Assembly (NCBI GenBank): GCA_951406725.2
Contig: OX597824.1
Span: 93,868,001 to 93,932,000, forward strand
Reading direction: 5' to 3'
DNA: 64,000 nt
From: Octopus vulgaris
Lineage: Eukaryota
The position numbers and the translations under genes were made by a program. Shown here piece after piece: positions 43,511 to 60,255 of this stretch; within the stretch, counting starts at the first letter, position 1; each line of letters starts with the position of its first letter. The notes beneath the pieces are model-generated. The model did no database searches and was not told where the DNA came from. It was given only the letters and a program-made list of their open reading frames with translations.

Positions 43511-43984
43511 ATATAATCGCTGCCCCACGTAAGTAAATCTTTGACTTTCATGCTAACACATCCAACTGGTTCTTTTAAATACAGTAGGCTCTAGCTGCCC
43601 AGTTTCATCCTGCACGCTGTCAACGTGACCAGCAGCTAAAAGGAACCTGGATTCTTTTATGTATCCGCTACCTGAATATTTTTTCAAGTATAAAATAAAA
43701 GTCTGGAGAAGACGAATACCCTTATGTTGTTTTATGTACAAACCTTTGTGAACGACGCCTGCAAGGCCGGTTATTTGATTTCTGGGTCTTGTGATAGTAT
43801 TAGTATAAACGTCTTAAAAGTCCAAACAACTCTGGGTACCGGAAACCGCTGCCTTTCAATAAGGCGTTAAAGGATACTTTCCATCTGTATTGAATCTTGT
43901 AATTTGTCGCTTCTAGTGACTCAACAGATATATGTATATGTGTGTGTGTTGTGCGTGTGTGTATGTGTATGTATGGATACATGT

Positions 43985-44280
43985 ATGAAGAAACCCCCCT
44001 CCGCGTCGAAGACGATCTATGAGTGTTCGACTTTTGCAGAGAGAGCTGCACAAAGGATTTGTTTGTAGTGATCGAATGTTTGTGCTGTAGATTAGGTCAA
44101 TCCTTCCATCAAATCGAACAGGTATAATGTGCACCCAGCGTCAGGTGGCGAATGATTACAGAGCAACCTATGATGAAGTATTATACACAAGAACACAGCT
44201 CACCTCCTGGACTAGGAATTGAAACCGCGATCGCGCGATCGTGAGAGCAACTTCCTAACCACTAGGCCATGCGTCCCCAC
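43985..44280 (-). mobile_element. Old tRNA-SINE
   Basis: Reverse complement head GTGGGGACGCATGGCCTAGTGGTTAGG...GGTTTCAATTCCTAG. Confidence 0.7.
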
Positions 44281-44731
44281 ATATATAAAAAAAATAGGTG
44301 CCAATTCTTGGTATGTGTGTATTTGGTTGAAATGGACATTTATAATTCATATACTTAAACGTACTCCTACGTTAATACATGTAAGAGAGTGTTCCTGTAC
44401 ACACACACACACATATATATATATATATGTATACGTTTCTCTATATCATATATATACATACATGCATACACACACAAACACAAAAACACATACATACACA
44501 CACACATATATATATATAATATTATATTATATATATATTTATATATACGCATACAAAGGTACACATATATACACACACTCACAGATATACATGAGTACAC
44601 ACACACATATATATACGTTTCTGTATATCATATATATGTGTGAACATATGATCGTTTATATACATACATGCATACACACACACAAACACAAACACATATA
44701 CATATATATATATTATATTATATTATATTAC

Positions 44732-44766
<35 letters not shown>

Positions 44767-45842
44767 CATACATATATACATATATATATACGCATACAAA
44801 GATACACATATATACACACATTCACAGACATACATAAGTACACAAACACACACATAAGTCGGTACGCATATGCTTGTATGTATATTTTTATGTATATTCA
44901 ACACAAATGTGTACATTTACATTCTGCTAAGTTTCATACCTTCATATGTGCAACCAGGCACAAATATACAAATATTGGTAATAGAAAATCTTCGTTAAAT
45001 TACACTGGCTGTGATTTATTGTTGCTCATTGTAAACTCGGTTATTAGTGCAAATTGCTTTCGGCGCAACCATAATGAATAATATTCGTGCGTCAAATGGC
45101 TTTAAAATAATTTCTTGGGAATAAATTTTCATGCTCCTCTTTCTAATGATTCTTAACTTCAATCGAAATTTGTCTGGAGTTATTCTCCTACCAGTCTTGT
45201 TCCATTCAAGCAGTCTCCTTTGGATCGAAGTTTCTCAGCCGTAAAACAATGGCCGCGATTTTAGCTATTGAGCAGACGATATCTGTGTTGGAGTTTGCGT
45301 ATTCACAAAAGCTATTGGAAAAATAAATCGTATCATTTGGATCATTTGAATTTTCTGAATCGACGCTTTCATACTATGCTCCTCTCTGCACTTCATTTAA
45401 TGAGTTAACTATCTCTGAATTCAACTGAATTGCAGCAAAAACATTCTATGTTGGTGTGGTGTTCGTATTTCTTTCAATCTTTTCGCCAATACAATTATAT
45501 AGTCTGCGAGGCTATTTCTGTGTACGTGTGAATGTAGTATGCACGTGAGTATTTATATATATATATATATATATTAATGAATTACAGAATAGCAAGAGTT
45601 ACGTAATCGCTTCCATTCTAAGTTCACTTGCCCGGGAAGTAAATTTGCCTGAATTCTTTCCTCGTCGACGTCATCATCATCATCATCGTCGTCGTCGTCG
45701 TCTTCATTTGTCGTTGTTGTCATGTTCCTCATACTCTTTTAGCAGTTTGTATGCATTCTTCAAGCAGATTCAGATAACTCCAATCATATCCATGGACAGT
45801 TGCGAGGCCACAGAAGGGCACGAACTGAAAATGCAAAGAACC

Positions 45843-45908
<66 letters not shown>

Positions 45909-45990
45909 GGGAATAAATCCAAACTTACAGGGAAAAATTAGATTTAGGATTAAATCCAATTTTATAGTATAAATATATTATATTATATTA

Positions 45991-46360
45991 CTAGCAGTAT
46001 CGCCCGGCGTTGCTCGGGTTTGTAAGGGAAATAACTATAAAGCATTTTTAGAGAGTTATAGCCAAATAATGGAAAAAAATGATGGTAAATTTTTTTTTAG
46101 TTAAAAAGGTCGAGTTGTGTCCCCTAGACAGTCTGTGGTTTGTGTTTCTGATTCTCGACCCCATGTCGAATTTATCGATTTTTTCCAGAACTGGGGGAAC
46201 TTTTCAAAATTTTCGCTGCGTTAGTTTTGAATTATGACATTGGGCTATGTGTGTGTCAAGTTTCATCAGAATCGGTTGAAAGTCGTGGTCAGGCTGAGGG
46301 TACAACCTAACAGACACACAGAAACACACAGAGACAAACTGCCGTTTATATATAGAGAGA
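45991..46360 (-). mobile_element. Non-autonomous Helitron
   Basis: Minus strand starts TC, ends CTAG, has subterminal hairpin CCCG(A)GC-AAC-GCCGGG and sits between A and T; near-identical copy at 56918-57303. Confidence 0.9.
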
Positions 46361-46436
46361 TATTATATTAAATTAGAGATAAAACCACTATTAGGCAAAT
46401 CAAACAGTGAAAAACATAAGCCAATACATAAAATTA

Positions 46437-46475
<39 letters not shown>

Positions 46476-46509
46476 CATATATATATATACATACATATAT
46501 ATATATAGA

Positions 46510-46595
<86 letters not shown>

Positions 46596-46970
46596 CTGTT
46601 TTAATGTAACAGTATCCTCAATAAACTATAGTTTCAAACTTGGAATTGTCGAAAAAGAAGAATATGTATTCCTGCTAGAATCCTATACACACATGCCCTC
46701 ACGTGCACCCGCGTATATACTCGCATGCTTATGTATATCTTTGCTGCGTTTATATTTATGTCTGGTCGCTTATACATTCCTATATGCAAATTAGGAAAAT
46801 CTGGTTATCAAATAGTTTCATTCACTCTATCATTGTGATTCGGGTGCAAACATACATTGATTAATACATAAGTACACAACCTGGCTTAGCATGCACGTAC
46901 TCATGCATAGATTGAAAAGGAACACATATACAAACATATGCACATATACATTACGGTATGAAACACGTTA

Positions 46971-47751
46971 GCGGCGAGCTGGCAGAATCGTTAGCACGCC
47001 GGGCGAAATGCTTAGCGGTATTTCTTCTGCCGCTACGTTCTCAGTTCAAATTCCGCCGAGGTCGACTTTGCCTTTCATCCTTTCGGGGTCTAAAATTAAG
47101 TACCAGTTAAGCACTGGGGTCGATATAATCGACTTAATACCTATGTCTGTCCATGTTTGTCTCCTCTATGTTTAGCCCCTTGTGGGTAATAAAGAAATAG
47201 GTATTTCTCCTGCCGCTACGTTCTGAGTTCAAATTCCGCCGAGGTCGACTTTGCCTTTCATCCTTTCGGGGTCGATAAATTAAGTACCAGTTAAGCACTG
47301 GGGTCGATATAATTGACTTAATACCTATGTCTGTCCATGTTTGTCTCCTCTATATTTAGCCCCTTGTGGGTAATAAAGAAATAGGTATTTCTCCTGCCGC
47401 TACGTTCTGAGTTCAAATTCCGCCGAGGTTGACTTTGCCTTTCATCCTTACAGGGTCGATTAGATAAGTACCAGTTACGCACTGGGGTCGATGTAATCGA
47501 TTTATTACCTATGTCTGTTTTTGTTTGTCCCTTCTATGTTTAGCCCCTTGTGGGTAGTAAAGAAATAGGTATTTCGTCGGTCTTTACTTTCTGAGTTCAA
47601 ATTCCGCCGAGGTCGACTTTGCCTTTCATCCTTTCGGGATCGATTAAATAAGTACCAGTTACGCACTGGGGTCGATACAATCGACTTAATCCGTTTGTCT
47701 GTCCTTGTTTGTCCTCTCTGTGTTTAGCCCCTTGTGGGTAGTAAAGAAATA
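46971..47751 (+). mobile_element. SINE family A: head + 4 tandem 183-184-bp bodies, single TSD
   Basis: Units start GGTATTTC at 47017, 47200, 47384 and 47568; flanking GGTATGAA(A)CACGTTA at 46955-46970 and 47752-47766. Confidence 0.93.
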
Positions 47752-47933
47752 GGTATGAACACGTTACACAACGATATTCGCAATGGAGGACACACCCTGA
47801 AATGCAGACTCTCATCGATGTAGAACCAATCACACTCATACACATTCTCTATCGCTCTCTCTCTGTCCATCTTTCTCCGTCTCTCTGTCTCTCTCTCACT
47901 CTCGCTCTTTTTCTCACTCTTACTCTCTCTCTC

Positions 47934-47970
<37 letters not shown>

Positions 47971-48339
47971 TACACATATATAAACTAATACACACACATG
48001 CAAAAGGAGTGATTGAACTATTTGATGTTGTAATTTTTCATCGATTTTCCATATTTATTACAAGGGTGAAGAACGTAAGGAACTGTACAGGCATGCGGCA
48101 TTTTGAGGTACTACATGTTTTGGACTGGTGTCTATATAGTTACAAATCAAAACCCCTTTTTCTTCTTTTCTTCCCCCCCATTATTTTTATTATAATAGTA
48201 TACCGGTTATACAAATAATCGATAAACGTTATAATAACGGCAAACAGATTTTTAGAAAATCAATTATGTTTTTAATTAACTATTTTTTACAAAATATTAT
48301 ACTTGAAACGTTATGAAGTTGTTAGATATTTATCCCTGC

Positions 48340-48371
<32 letters not shown>

Positions 48372-48777
48372 TTTTTTGGTCGGGTGGGGTGTTTTCTCTT
48401 TCATCTGGCTTTTGGTGCGTACGATTTAGGAGGTGATATTCTGGGTCTCATTCGGTTATATATCTTGATATAATAGCTACGTTTATTAGATATTAATGAA
48501 GGGATATAGACAAATACGACATTGTACGAGGAGACCTGGCAGGATCGATAGCAAATCGGACAAATTGCTGAGTAGCGTTCCTTCCGTTTCTTTGTGTTCT
48601 GAGCTCAAGTATCACCTACCTTACACAAAACGTTACACAACGATATTCGCAATGGAGGACAGACGCTAAAATGCAAGCGCTCATCGATGTAGAATCAACC
48701 ACACACATACACATTCTGTATCGCTTTCTCTGTCTTTCTTTCTCCGTCTCTTTGTTTGTCTGTCTGTCTCTCTCTCA

Positions 48778-48870
<93 letters not shown>

Positions 48871-48955
48871 GGCGATATGGCACGGCTCGCCGGACATTTA
48901 CCCTCTTTTGATGATCCTGTTTCTCTTTAATTATATATATATACATATATATAAT

Positions 48956-49042
<87 letters not shown>

Positions 49043-49120
49043 GTATGTATCTATATATAATTAAAGAGGGAAAGGATCATCAAAAGAGGGTAAATGTCCG
49101 GTGAGCCGTGCCATATCGTC
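48871..49120. repeat. ~65-bp inverted repeat around a (TA)/(CA) microsatellite
   Basis: CGATATGGCACGGCTCGCCGGACATTTACCCTCTTTTGATGATCCT...CTCTTTAATTA (48871-48938) versus its reverse complement at 49052-49120, with few mismatches. Confidence 0.92.
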
Positions 49121-49904
49121 AGCGTCAAAGAGCTGCGCCAGATGGTCTCATTGCGTCTTCAACTCTCTCCTAATTGTCTTCTACAAGACACACAAAACAA
49201 AAACAAACTTGAGCTGTATCGGTTGAATTGAAGTTGATAACGGAACTGCGTAATCAGAAATTTACTGGGAGAAAACTGAAAAGACATCTTGACCAGTAGA
49301 ATCTGTAGATAATCATCGGTAGATGAAGCAGTGACAACAACCAGGTGAGAGAGAGCCTGGGTTAAAAATTCTCATCTTATGTGATGTATGTTAAACTAAA
49401 TTCACTTCTAAGCACGCAGCCATTGTGATTTCGGTTTTCACCAGACACGTGTCGCAATGCACTGAGAGGAATTCTGTTTTTGTTTTACACAAGAGAGTAT
49501 TCCAAGATGTAAGTGAATAGTTTATACAATTGGGAAATGGCGACTGTATTATTGAATGGTCTATTCAGCTCAGTGAGTACGAACCGGTGCCTGGCGGCGC
49601 ACTGAACGGAATTCTGAATGGGATAAATAACCATCTGTTATATATACATAAAAAGAATCACGTGTGCGGATATAGATATGTTTGTGTGCATATGTGTAGC
49701 GGAATGAATGTGTGACTATATTTATGCTTGCAGGTAAGTAGGGGAACAAATCTATAAGTAATGCTATATACATACGTATGCATATGTCTATGTATTTTTG
49801 TATATATATGTGTATGTGTGTGTGTGGTGTGTATATATAAAACTTATGTGCGTCTTCAAGTATACCTGTATATATATGTATATACAAAAATATATACATA
49901 TGTA

Positions 49905-49961
<57 letters not shown>

Positions 49962-50605
49962 ATATGTTTGTGTATGTGCGCGCACATAGTGGAGGATGAA
50001 TATATACATATATATATATATATAGATAGATAGATAGATAGATAGATACATACATACATACATACATACATACATACAGAGAGAGGATAGAGAAAGAAAG
50101 AGAAGGAAGAGAGAACGTGAGATATAGATACGAATATGGATATATCTATGTATCTGTGTATGTGTTCATGTATATATGTATATATACTCTATATATAGAG
50201 AGAAAGAGGTGGGAGAGAGAGCGAGAGAGAAAGAGAGATAGAGAAATAATTAATGGCTAAGCAGACAGATAGATTGAGAGATGCGTACATGTAGATCTAT
50301 ACACCTATGCTTGTATATGTATTTGTGTTGTGTGGCCGTGCACGTTTCTATATATGTATATATACACAGGTATACACAGGAGACCAGGAAATAGTCACAT
50401 ACACGCTCTCTCACGAGCACTGTATGAATGGCATTTAATTCTTTATATTTACATATGCCTAAAGATGTAAATAGTAGGTATTTATATAAATGTATAATTA
50501 AACATATATATATTTGCATAACCTTATATATGTATGAGTATAAAATGTTTGTGTGTGTCTGTGTGTCTGTGTACATTTATAAATTCATACATATATATGT
50601 ATGTG

Positions 50606-50659
<54 letters not shown>

Positions 50660-50747
50660 AATGTATATATGTGTATATATAAAGTTTATATATGTATATA
50701 CATACATACATATATATAAATACATACGTATATGTGTTTATATATAA

Positions 50748-50779
<32 letters not shown>

Positions 50780-50790
50780 GTGTGTATACA

Positions 50791-50878
<88 letters not shown>

Positions 50879-51165
50879 TGTAGCTCAGTGGGAAAATATT
50901 CAACAGAAGTACACGTATCAAGTGTATTACTAAATTTACTACGAGTTACTATTTTTCTATTGCTGTCTTACCGCTTGTGGCTTAACTGCTTCTTACGTTT
51001 AAGACTTCATATTTATAATAACACAATGACCGACCACACATTATACTATTATTCCGTTGTACATTTTACTCCTGAGAGCTCACGATTTCACTCCCTTCGC
51101 TTAATTATATAAGAGCGGACAATGACCTTTTGCCAAGGTTCTCACAGAATCTCCTACCACGGTAC

Positions 51166-53430
<2,265 letters not shown>

Positions 53431-54000
53431 TGTTTTACGTAGGATGTGTGCAGTGTCTAGCAGTGCTATTTTCTGTATTTTATATATACTTGTTAGTTCT
53501 GGTGATTTTGTTATGTATTTCTCCGAATATTTTTTTATCATAACGGCGGTGCATCAGCTGAAACCAGAGAAAAAAAATACCTAATTACGACAGAAATTGT
53601 TTCTATTTTTAGATTCCACATTTCCAGGTGTTTGTATTTTGAAAGTTTCTCCATTTCATTTAGAGAAACGTTGCCATCTTTAGGTATTGATACATAAATT
53701 AGAAACCATTATTTTTTTCATGATCTCTGACAAATATATCTGGCCTATTGGCCTTAATTTCTCTGTGTGCATTGGCATATCCCATAGTATCGTTGCTTTC
53801 TCATTTTCTGTGACCTTTTCTGGCTTGTGCCTATACCATCTTTTTTTCTGTTGTTATTCCACAGTGTTGGCACAGCTTCCAGTGTATGTAGCTCCCAGCT
53901 CTGTCGTGTCTGTGAATATATTCCTTCTTAGCCAGGACTGGGCAGCCAGAGACAATATGACTTATTATTTCGTGTCCATATCCATCTCCACCCCTACCTT
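53431..54000 (-). pseudogene. R4/Dong-like LINE RLE-domain fragment
   Basis: Minus frames give EKATILWDMPMHT..IKANRPDIFVRDH and IQKIALLDTAHILRKT. Confidence 0.8.
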
Positions 54001-54031
54001 ATTATCATCATCACCATCATCATCATCATTA

Positions 54032-54092
<61 letters not shown>

Positions 54093-54099
54093 CATTATT

Positions 54100-54487
54100 A
54101 CTTTTTTTTTTCTTCTTTCAAATTTTCTTCCATTCCTTGCCGAGTGTCTTCCCGACTCCTAGGGCAAAGAAACTCATAGTGTATATTGGTAGGCCATTAA
54201 ACCAAACTCAGTAGTTCGTTCATATTTTTTTTATTTTTTTAAAGTTAAATTAAAATACATGAGCAGCAATAGTTCTCACATCGACAATGCTCTTCTCAAT
54301 ACGTGTGATGTACCAGTTAAGACAATCTTTTGCACTTCTTGCAGCGATGGTAAGCCAGGGATCATTCTCATATAATTTTCGGTTCCCTTCTTGATCATTC
54401 CTAGTGCTCCTACGATCACTGGTATTGTAACCGCCTTGAGATGCCACATTTTCTCAATTTCAATGAGTAGGTCTTTATATTTTCTTA
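54100..54487 (-). mobile_element. 5'-truncated R4/Dong-like LINE 3' end embedded in (TAA)n
   Basis: KYKDLLIEIEKMWHLKAVTIPVIVGALGMIKKG...LQEVQKIVLTGTSHVLRRALSM* plus 3' UTR; (TAA)n on both sides. Confidence 0.88.
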
Positions 54488-54569
54488 TTATCATTATTAT
54501 TATTGTTATCATTATTATTATTGTTATTATTATTATCATTATTATTATTATTAATATTATTATTATTAT

Positions 54570-54629
<60 letters not shown>

Positions 54630-54667
54630 GATTATTGTTAGTATTATTATTATTATTATTATGATTA

Positions 54668-54711
<44 letters not shown>

Positions 54712-55098
54712 GTAACAAATAATATGTATTGCAAATCAGAAATCAATTACGCCGATAAGCGATAGACACGCAACTCCAAGCGATAAGGGAAAGTAATTCG
54801 AGATTTCAGTGCTACACTAAACGTAAACACACACACACACACACACAATACATTTGTGTTTTTCTTATACCTACCGACCATATAGAGCCAGCCCTGAGTT
54901 GGATGTACGGTTAAAATTGGATTTGGTACTTATATCTCTACGATATCCTACCAACACATGAAACCTCAGGGTTGTTTTGTATCAAGCCAATCTGTATCCT
55001 ACCTAATCTCTCACCCTCTTTCTCTCTCTCTCTTTCTCTCTCTGTCTCTCTCTCTCTCACTCTGTCTCTCTCTCCCTCATAATATATATATATATACA

Positions 55099-55810
55099 CG
55101 TGGATACCCCCTCACCACTATCCACACCGCCCTTGCCAGAGCACGGTCCGTGGACCGTGTATCTGCTCTCTCTCCCCGAACCCGCCCTGTAGTCTCCCGC
55201 CTCCCTTTTCCCCTCACTTACCACCCCACGACCCTACGTCTCCAACGCACCATTCTTCGAGCTTTCCGTCATCTCCAGTCCGACCCGTCCACTTCACACC
55301 TCTTCCCTAACCGACCCCTCCCCTCTTTCAAACGAGCCCACAACCTTCGAGACCTTTTGGTCCATAGCTCCTTCCCTGACCCTACCTCCCAACCCGGCTC
55401 GTTCCCCTGCTCCCGCCCACGTTGCCGCACTTGCCCTTACCTCTCCAACACCACCCGCCTCACTAGCACCCACCATCGACCCTATCCCATCATCCACTCC
55501 TTCACCTGCACCTCCAGCAATATTATCTATTGCATCTCTTGCTCTCTCTGCAATTCCTTGTACATCGGACAAACGGGACGCCGCTTGGCTGACCGGTTCG
55601 CGGAACACCTTCGTGACATCCACCTTGCGAACGACACACCGGTCTCACGCCATTTCCGCTCCACCGGTCACTCCTTGCAACACCTATCTGTGTTCGGTTT
55701 GTCCTTACACAGAGGCCATCCGGATTCCCGTTTGCGCCGTGAACAGGAATTAATCTTCTCTCTTCGCTCTTATACGCCATTTGGTCTCAACTCTCCCCCC
55801 TCCTCATCTA
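55099..55810 (+). CDS. Penelope-like (Neptune clade) RT C-terminal linker + GIY-YIG endonuclease, 5'-truncated
   Basis: Uninterrupted RGYP...LTYHP...FKRAHNLRDLLV...CSRPRCRTC...FTCTSSNIIYCISCSLCNSLYIGQTGRRLADRFAEH...VSRHF...REQELIFSL...PFGLN; begins directly after (TA)n and has no genuine start codon. Confidence 0.93.
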
Positions 55811-56910
<1,100 letters not shown>

Positions 56911-56917
56911 CCCGTTA

Positions 56918-57303
56918 TCTTCTCTCTATATATAAACGGCAGTTTGTCTGTGTGTGTTTCTGTGTGTCTGTTAGGTTGTACCCTCACCCTGACCACGGCT
57001 TTCAACCGATTCTGATGAAACTTGACACACACATAGCCCAATGTCATAATTCAAAACTAACGCAGCGAAAATTTTGAAAAGTTCCCCCAGTTCTGAAAAA
57101 AATCGATAAATTCGACATGGGGTCGAGAATCAGAAACACAAACCACAAACTGTGTAGGGGACGCAACTCGACCTTTTTCACTCTCAAAAAAATTTACCAT
57201 CGTTTTTTTTCCATTTTTTTGCTATTTTTTTGCTATAACTCTCTAAAAATGCTTTATAGTTATTTCCCTTACAAACCTGAGCAACGCCGGGCGATACTGC
57301 TAG
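56918..57303 (+). mobile_element. Non-autonomous Helitron
   Basis: A|TC...CCTGAGCAACGCCGGG-CGATACTG-CTAG|T; reverse complement of 45991-46360. Confidence 0.9.
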
Positions 57304-57327
57304 TATATATATATATATATATATATA

Positions 57328-57660
57328 TAACGGGAAGGTATACGAAAATAAACAAAAGACGATGGCAGGTGGAGTACAAACAAGCAATGTATTAGTATGG
57401 CACTCAGGAATAGAAATAAAAGAAGTCTTTTACGTTTCGAGTCTACGCTCTTCGATAGAAAGATACACAGAAAAGAAACAAGGAGAGAAAACGTACACGC
57501 AGGACAGACACAGAAGGACCTTCGTTCTTCATCAGTTATCAACCGAATGATAATGCTCCGTTTCTATGGTCCCTCTGTGTCTGTCCTACGTCTACGTTTT
57601 TTAACTATCGTTTATTTAATGCATTTTTCATTTATTGAGTAACTGAATGCCACGCATTCC
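57328..57660 (-). mobile_element. Penelope-like tail in opposite orientation with eroded hammerhead
   Basis: Minus strand TCTTT-CTATCGA-A-GAGC-GTAG-ACTC-GAAA-CGT-A-AAAGA (~57426-57463), ending CTTCCCGTTA(TA)n. Confidence 0.8.
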
Positions 57661-57682
57661 GACTTTTGTTCCAAGTTAGTTT

Positions 57683-57728
<46 letters not shown>

Positions 57729-57770
57729 AATGAAATTATATATGTGTGGGGTGTATGTGTGTGTGTCTGT

Positions 57771-57817
<47 letters not shown>

Positions 57818-58415
57818 TTTATATATAGACATAGCTCAGCTGTGAATACTGCACCAGACTGTTTATTAGTTCTGAAATTCTAAAAAATATTTCATTAATT
57901 TATCAAATCTTATCTCAGTTCTTTTTTTCTTTCGTTTTTATTTAATTAACTTTATTCTCTTTCTTCATTCCTTCTTCTCTTTCCTTCTCTGTTTTCTAAC
58001 ATCGTCGTTTCATTCTCTCATAGATTAATCCTTCTCTCATAATTTCTTCCCTGATTCTTCATCTTTTTTTTCCTTTTTCTTTTTTGCTTCTTTCGCTTTT
58101 TCTTTCCCCTCCCACCCCTCTTTTTCCCTGTCTCTCTTTTCTTCTTTTTTGTTTAATTTTTTTCATTGTCTGTTGAATTTTTTTATTCTTAAGTATTCTT
58201 ATTTTTTTTAAAGTTTTTGGCATTTTTTTCTCGATTATTTTTCTTGACTTTCTCATTTTTCTATTTCTTCCTGTTCCTCTTCCTTCTCCTCATCGACCTC
58301 ATCCTCCTCATTGACCTCATCCTCATCCATCTCCAACTACTACTACTATTACTACAACTACTACTAAAACTACTGCTAGTACTGCTTCTACTACAGCTAT
58401 TACTATTTTCACTGT

Positions 58416-58468
<53 letters not shown>

Positions 58469-58613
58469 TAACCACTACTACCAAAACTACTACTGCTGCA
58501 GCTGCTCCCCCTACTTCTGCTAGCAGTACTACTATTACTACCTCCATTGACACTCTCCACCTCTTCTTCCTCCTTCTGACTGGAATATAATAATATGATT
58601 CATTGACCTGAAT

Positions 58614-58616
<3 letters not shown>

Positions 58617-58657
<41 letters not shown>

Positions 58658-58659
58658 TA

Positions 58660-58730
<71 letters not shown>

Positions 58731-58734
58731 AATG

Positions 58735-58780
<46 letters not shown>

Positions 58781-58791
58781 TAATAATAATC

Positions 58792-58877
<86 letters not shown>

Positions 58878-58962
58878 AAGAAGAAGAAGAAGAAGAAGAA
58901 GAAGAAGAAGAAGAAGAAGAAGAAGAAGAAGAAGAAGAAGAAGAAGAAGAAGAAGAAGAAGA
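58617..58962. repeat. Compound (AAT)n(GAT)n(AAT)n(GAA)n microsatellite
   Basis: Directly visible; preceded by (CTA)n at ~58335-58540. Confidence 0.98.
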
Positions 58963-59012
58963 ATATAGAAAAATACCTTTTGAATGAGAACCCAGATTCG
59001 AAATTTCCCCAA

Positions 59013-59058
59013 GACACCTGATGAAAGCTGGAGAGTATATAAGCCGAAACGTTGTGTT
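59013..59058 (+). ncRNA. Hammerhead motif (helix II partly eroded) in a short Penelope-like tail (~58975-59147)
   Basis: GACAC-CTGATGA-A-AGCT...AGCC-GAAA-CGT-T-GTGTT: helix I GACAC/GTGTT. Confidence 0.72.
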
Positions 59059-59490
59059 AACAACCAACAAGATGAGGACAAATATTCGTCAAATGTAAAT
59101 AATGTAAATAATGTACATAATTCCTCATCTTTTAAATATAGAACTGGAGAATGCATGTTGTAAAAATATGTAGACGTGTTCAGAATCTCCATGTGCAAAA
59201 GAAAACGATACATACGGACTTAGCCAAAAGTGACCCGACAGTAAATCGTAATTGTATGAATGCTATCTGTTATTCTATATTAACTTGAATAGAAAAATGT
59301 GTCGCTCAAGAAGAACTTCAGTCTTAACAATTTTCATGATGTTTCATATTTAAGATGCTTTTATTAAATTCATTCAGTTGTTAAGCATAAATAAATCTTG
59401 GAATTAAATGAGTTTGATTTACTGTCAGGTGACTTTTGACCAAAGCTGTATGTTATGAAGTCAATTAGTCGAATATCTGTCTTCCGTAAG

Positions 59491-59534
<44 letters not shown>

Positions 59535-59609
59535 GTGTGTGTGTGTGTGTGTATCTGTGTGTCTGTGTGTCTGTGTGACGGTGTGTGTGCTCGTGCATGT
59601 ATATATTCA

Positions 59610-59891
59610 TCTTGTTTCGGCCATGCTGGAGTAAGACCTTGGAGAATTATACTGGAACAAGTGGATCGCAGTAACTAATGTTTTTAAAGTTTTGTACTTA
59701 TTCTATCGCTACTTCTTCTACGAACCGCTTAGTTATGGAGACGTAAACAGATCAATATTGGTTGTCAAGTAGAGGTGTGGGATAAACACAGACACAAAGA
59801 CTTGTACACACACACACACTTATATATATATATATATACAGAGATAGATAGATAGAGAGAGAGAGATGGATAGATGGATAGACACACAGAC

Positions 59892-59971
<80 letters not shown>

Positions 59972-60015
59972 CGACAGACAGACAGACAGACAGACAGACA
60001 GATAGACAGATAGAC

Positions 60016-60086
<71 letters not shown>

Positions 60087-60255
60087 CAGATAGATAGATA
60101 GACATTGAGAGATAGAAAGAGAGAGTTTCCCTCTAACAAATCAACCCGCAAGTCTTTATTTGGCCCGGCGCTATAGCATAGAACACTTGCCTAAGATGCC
60201 ACATGGTACAAACATGTAGTGGGGGAAGTGAACTTCTTAGCACAGGGCCAGGCTT
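59610..60255 (-). mobile_element. Old SINE family C with internal expanded (CA)/(TA)/(GATA)/(GACA) array
   Basis: Tail at ~59610-59790 and head/CORE at ~60125-60255, separated by ~330 bp of microsatellite. Confidence 0.7.

Noticed and set aside
46971-47751. Regularly spaced repeats resembling a CRISPR array or satellite
   Set aside because: There are no unique spacers and no cas genes, the context is eukaryotic, and the units are SINE bodies.
57010-57030. CTGATGAAAC inside the Helitron
   Set aside because: No helix II or helix I pairing; incidental.
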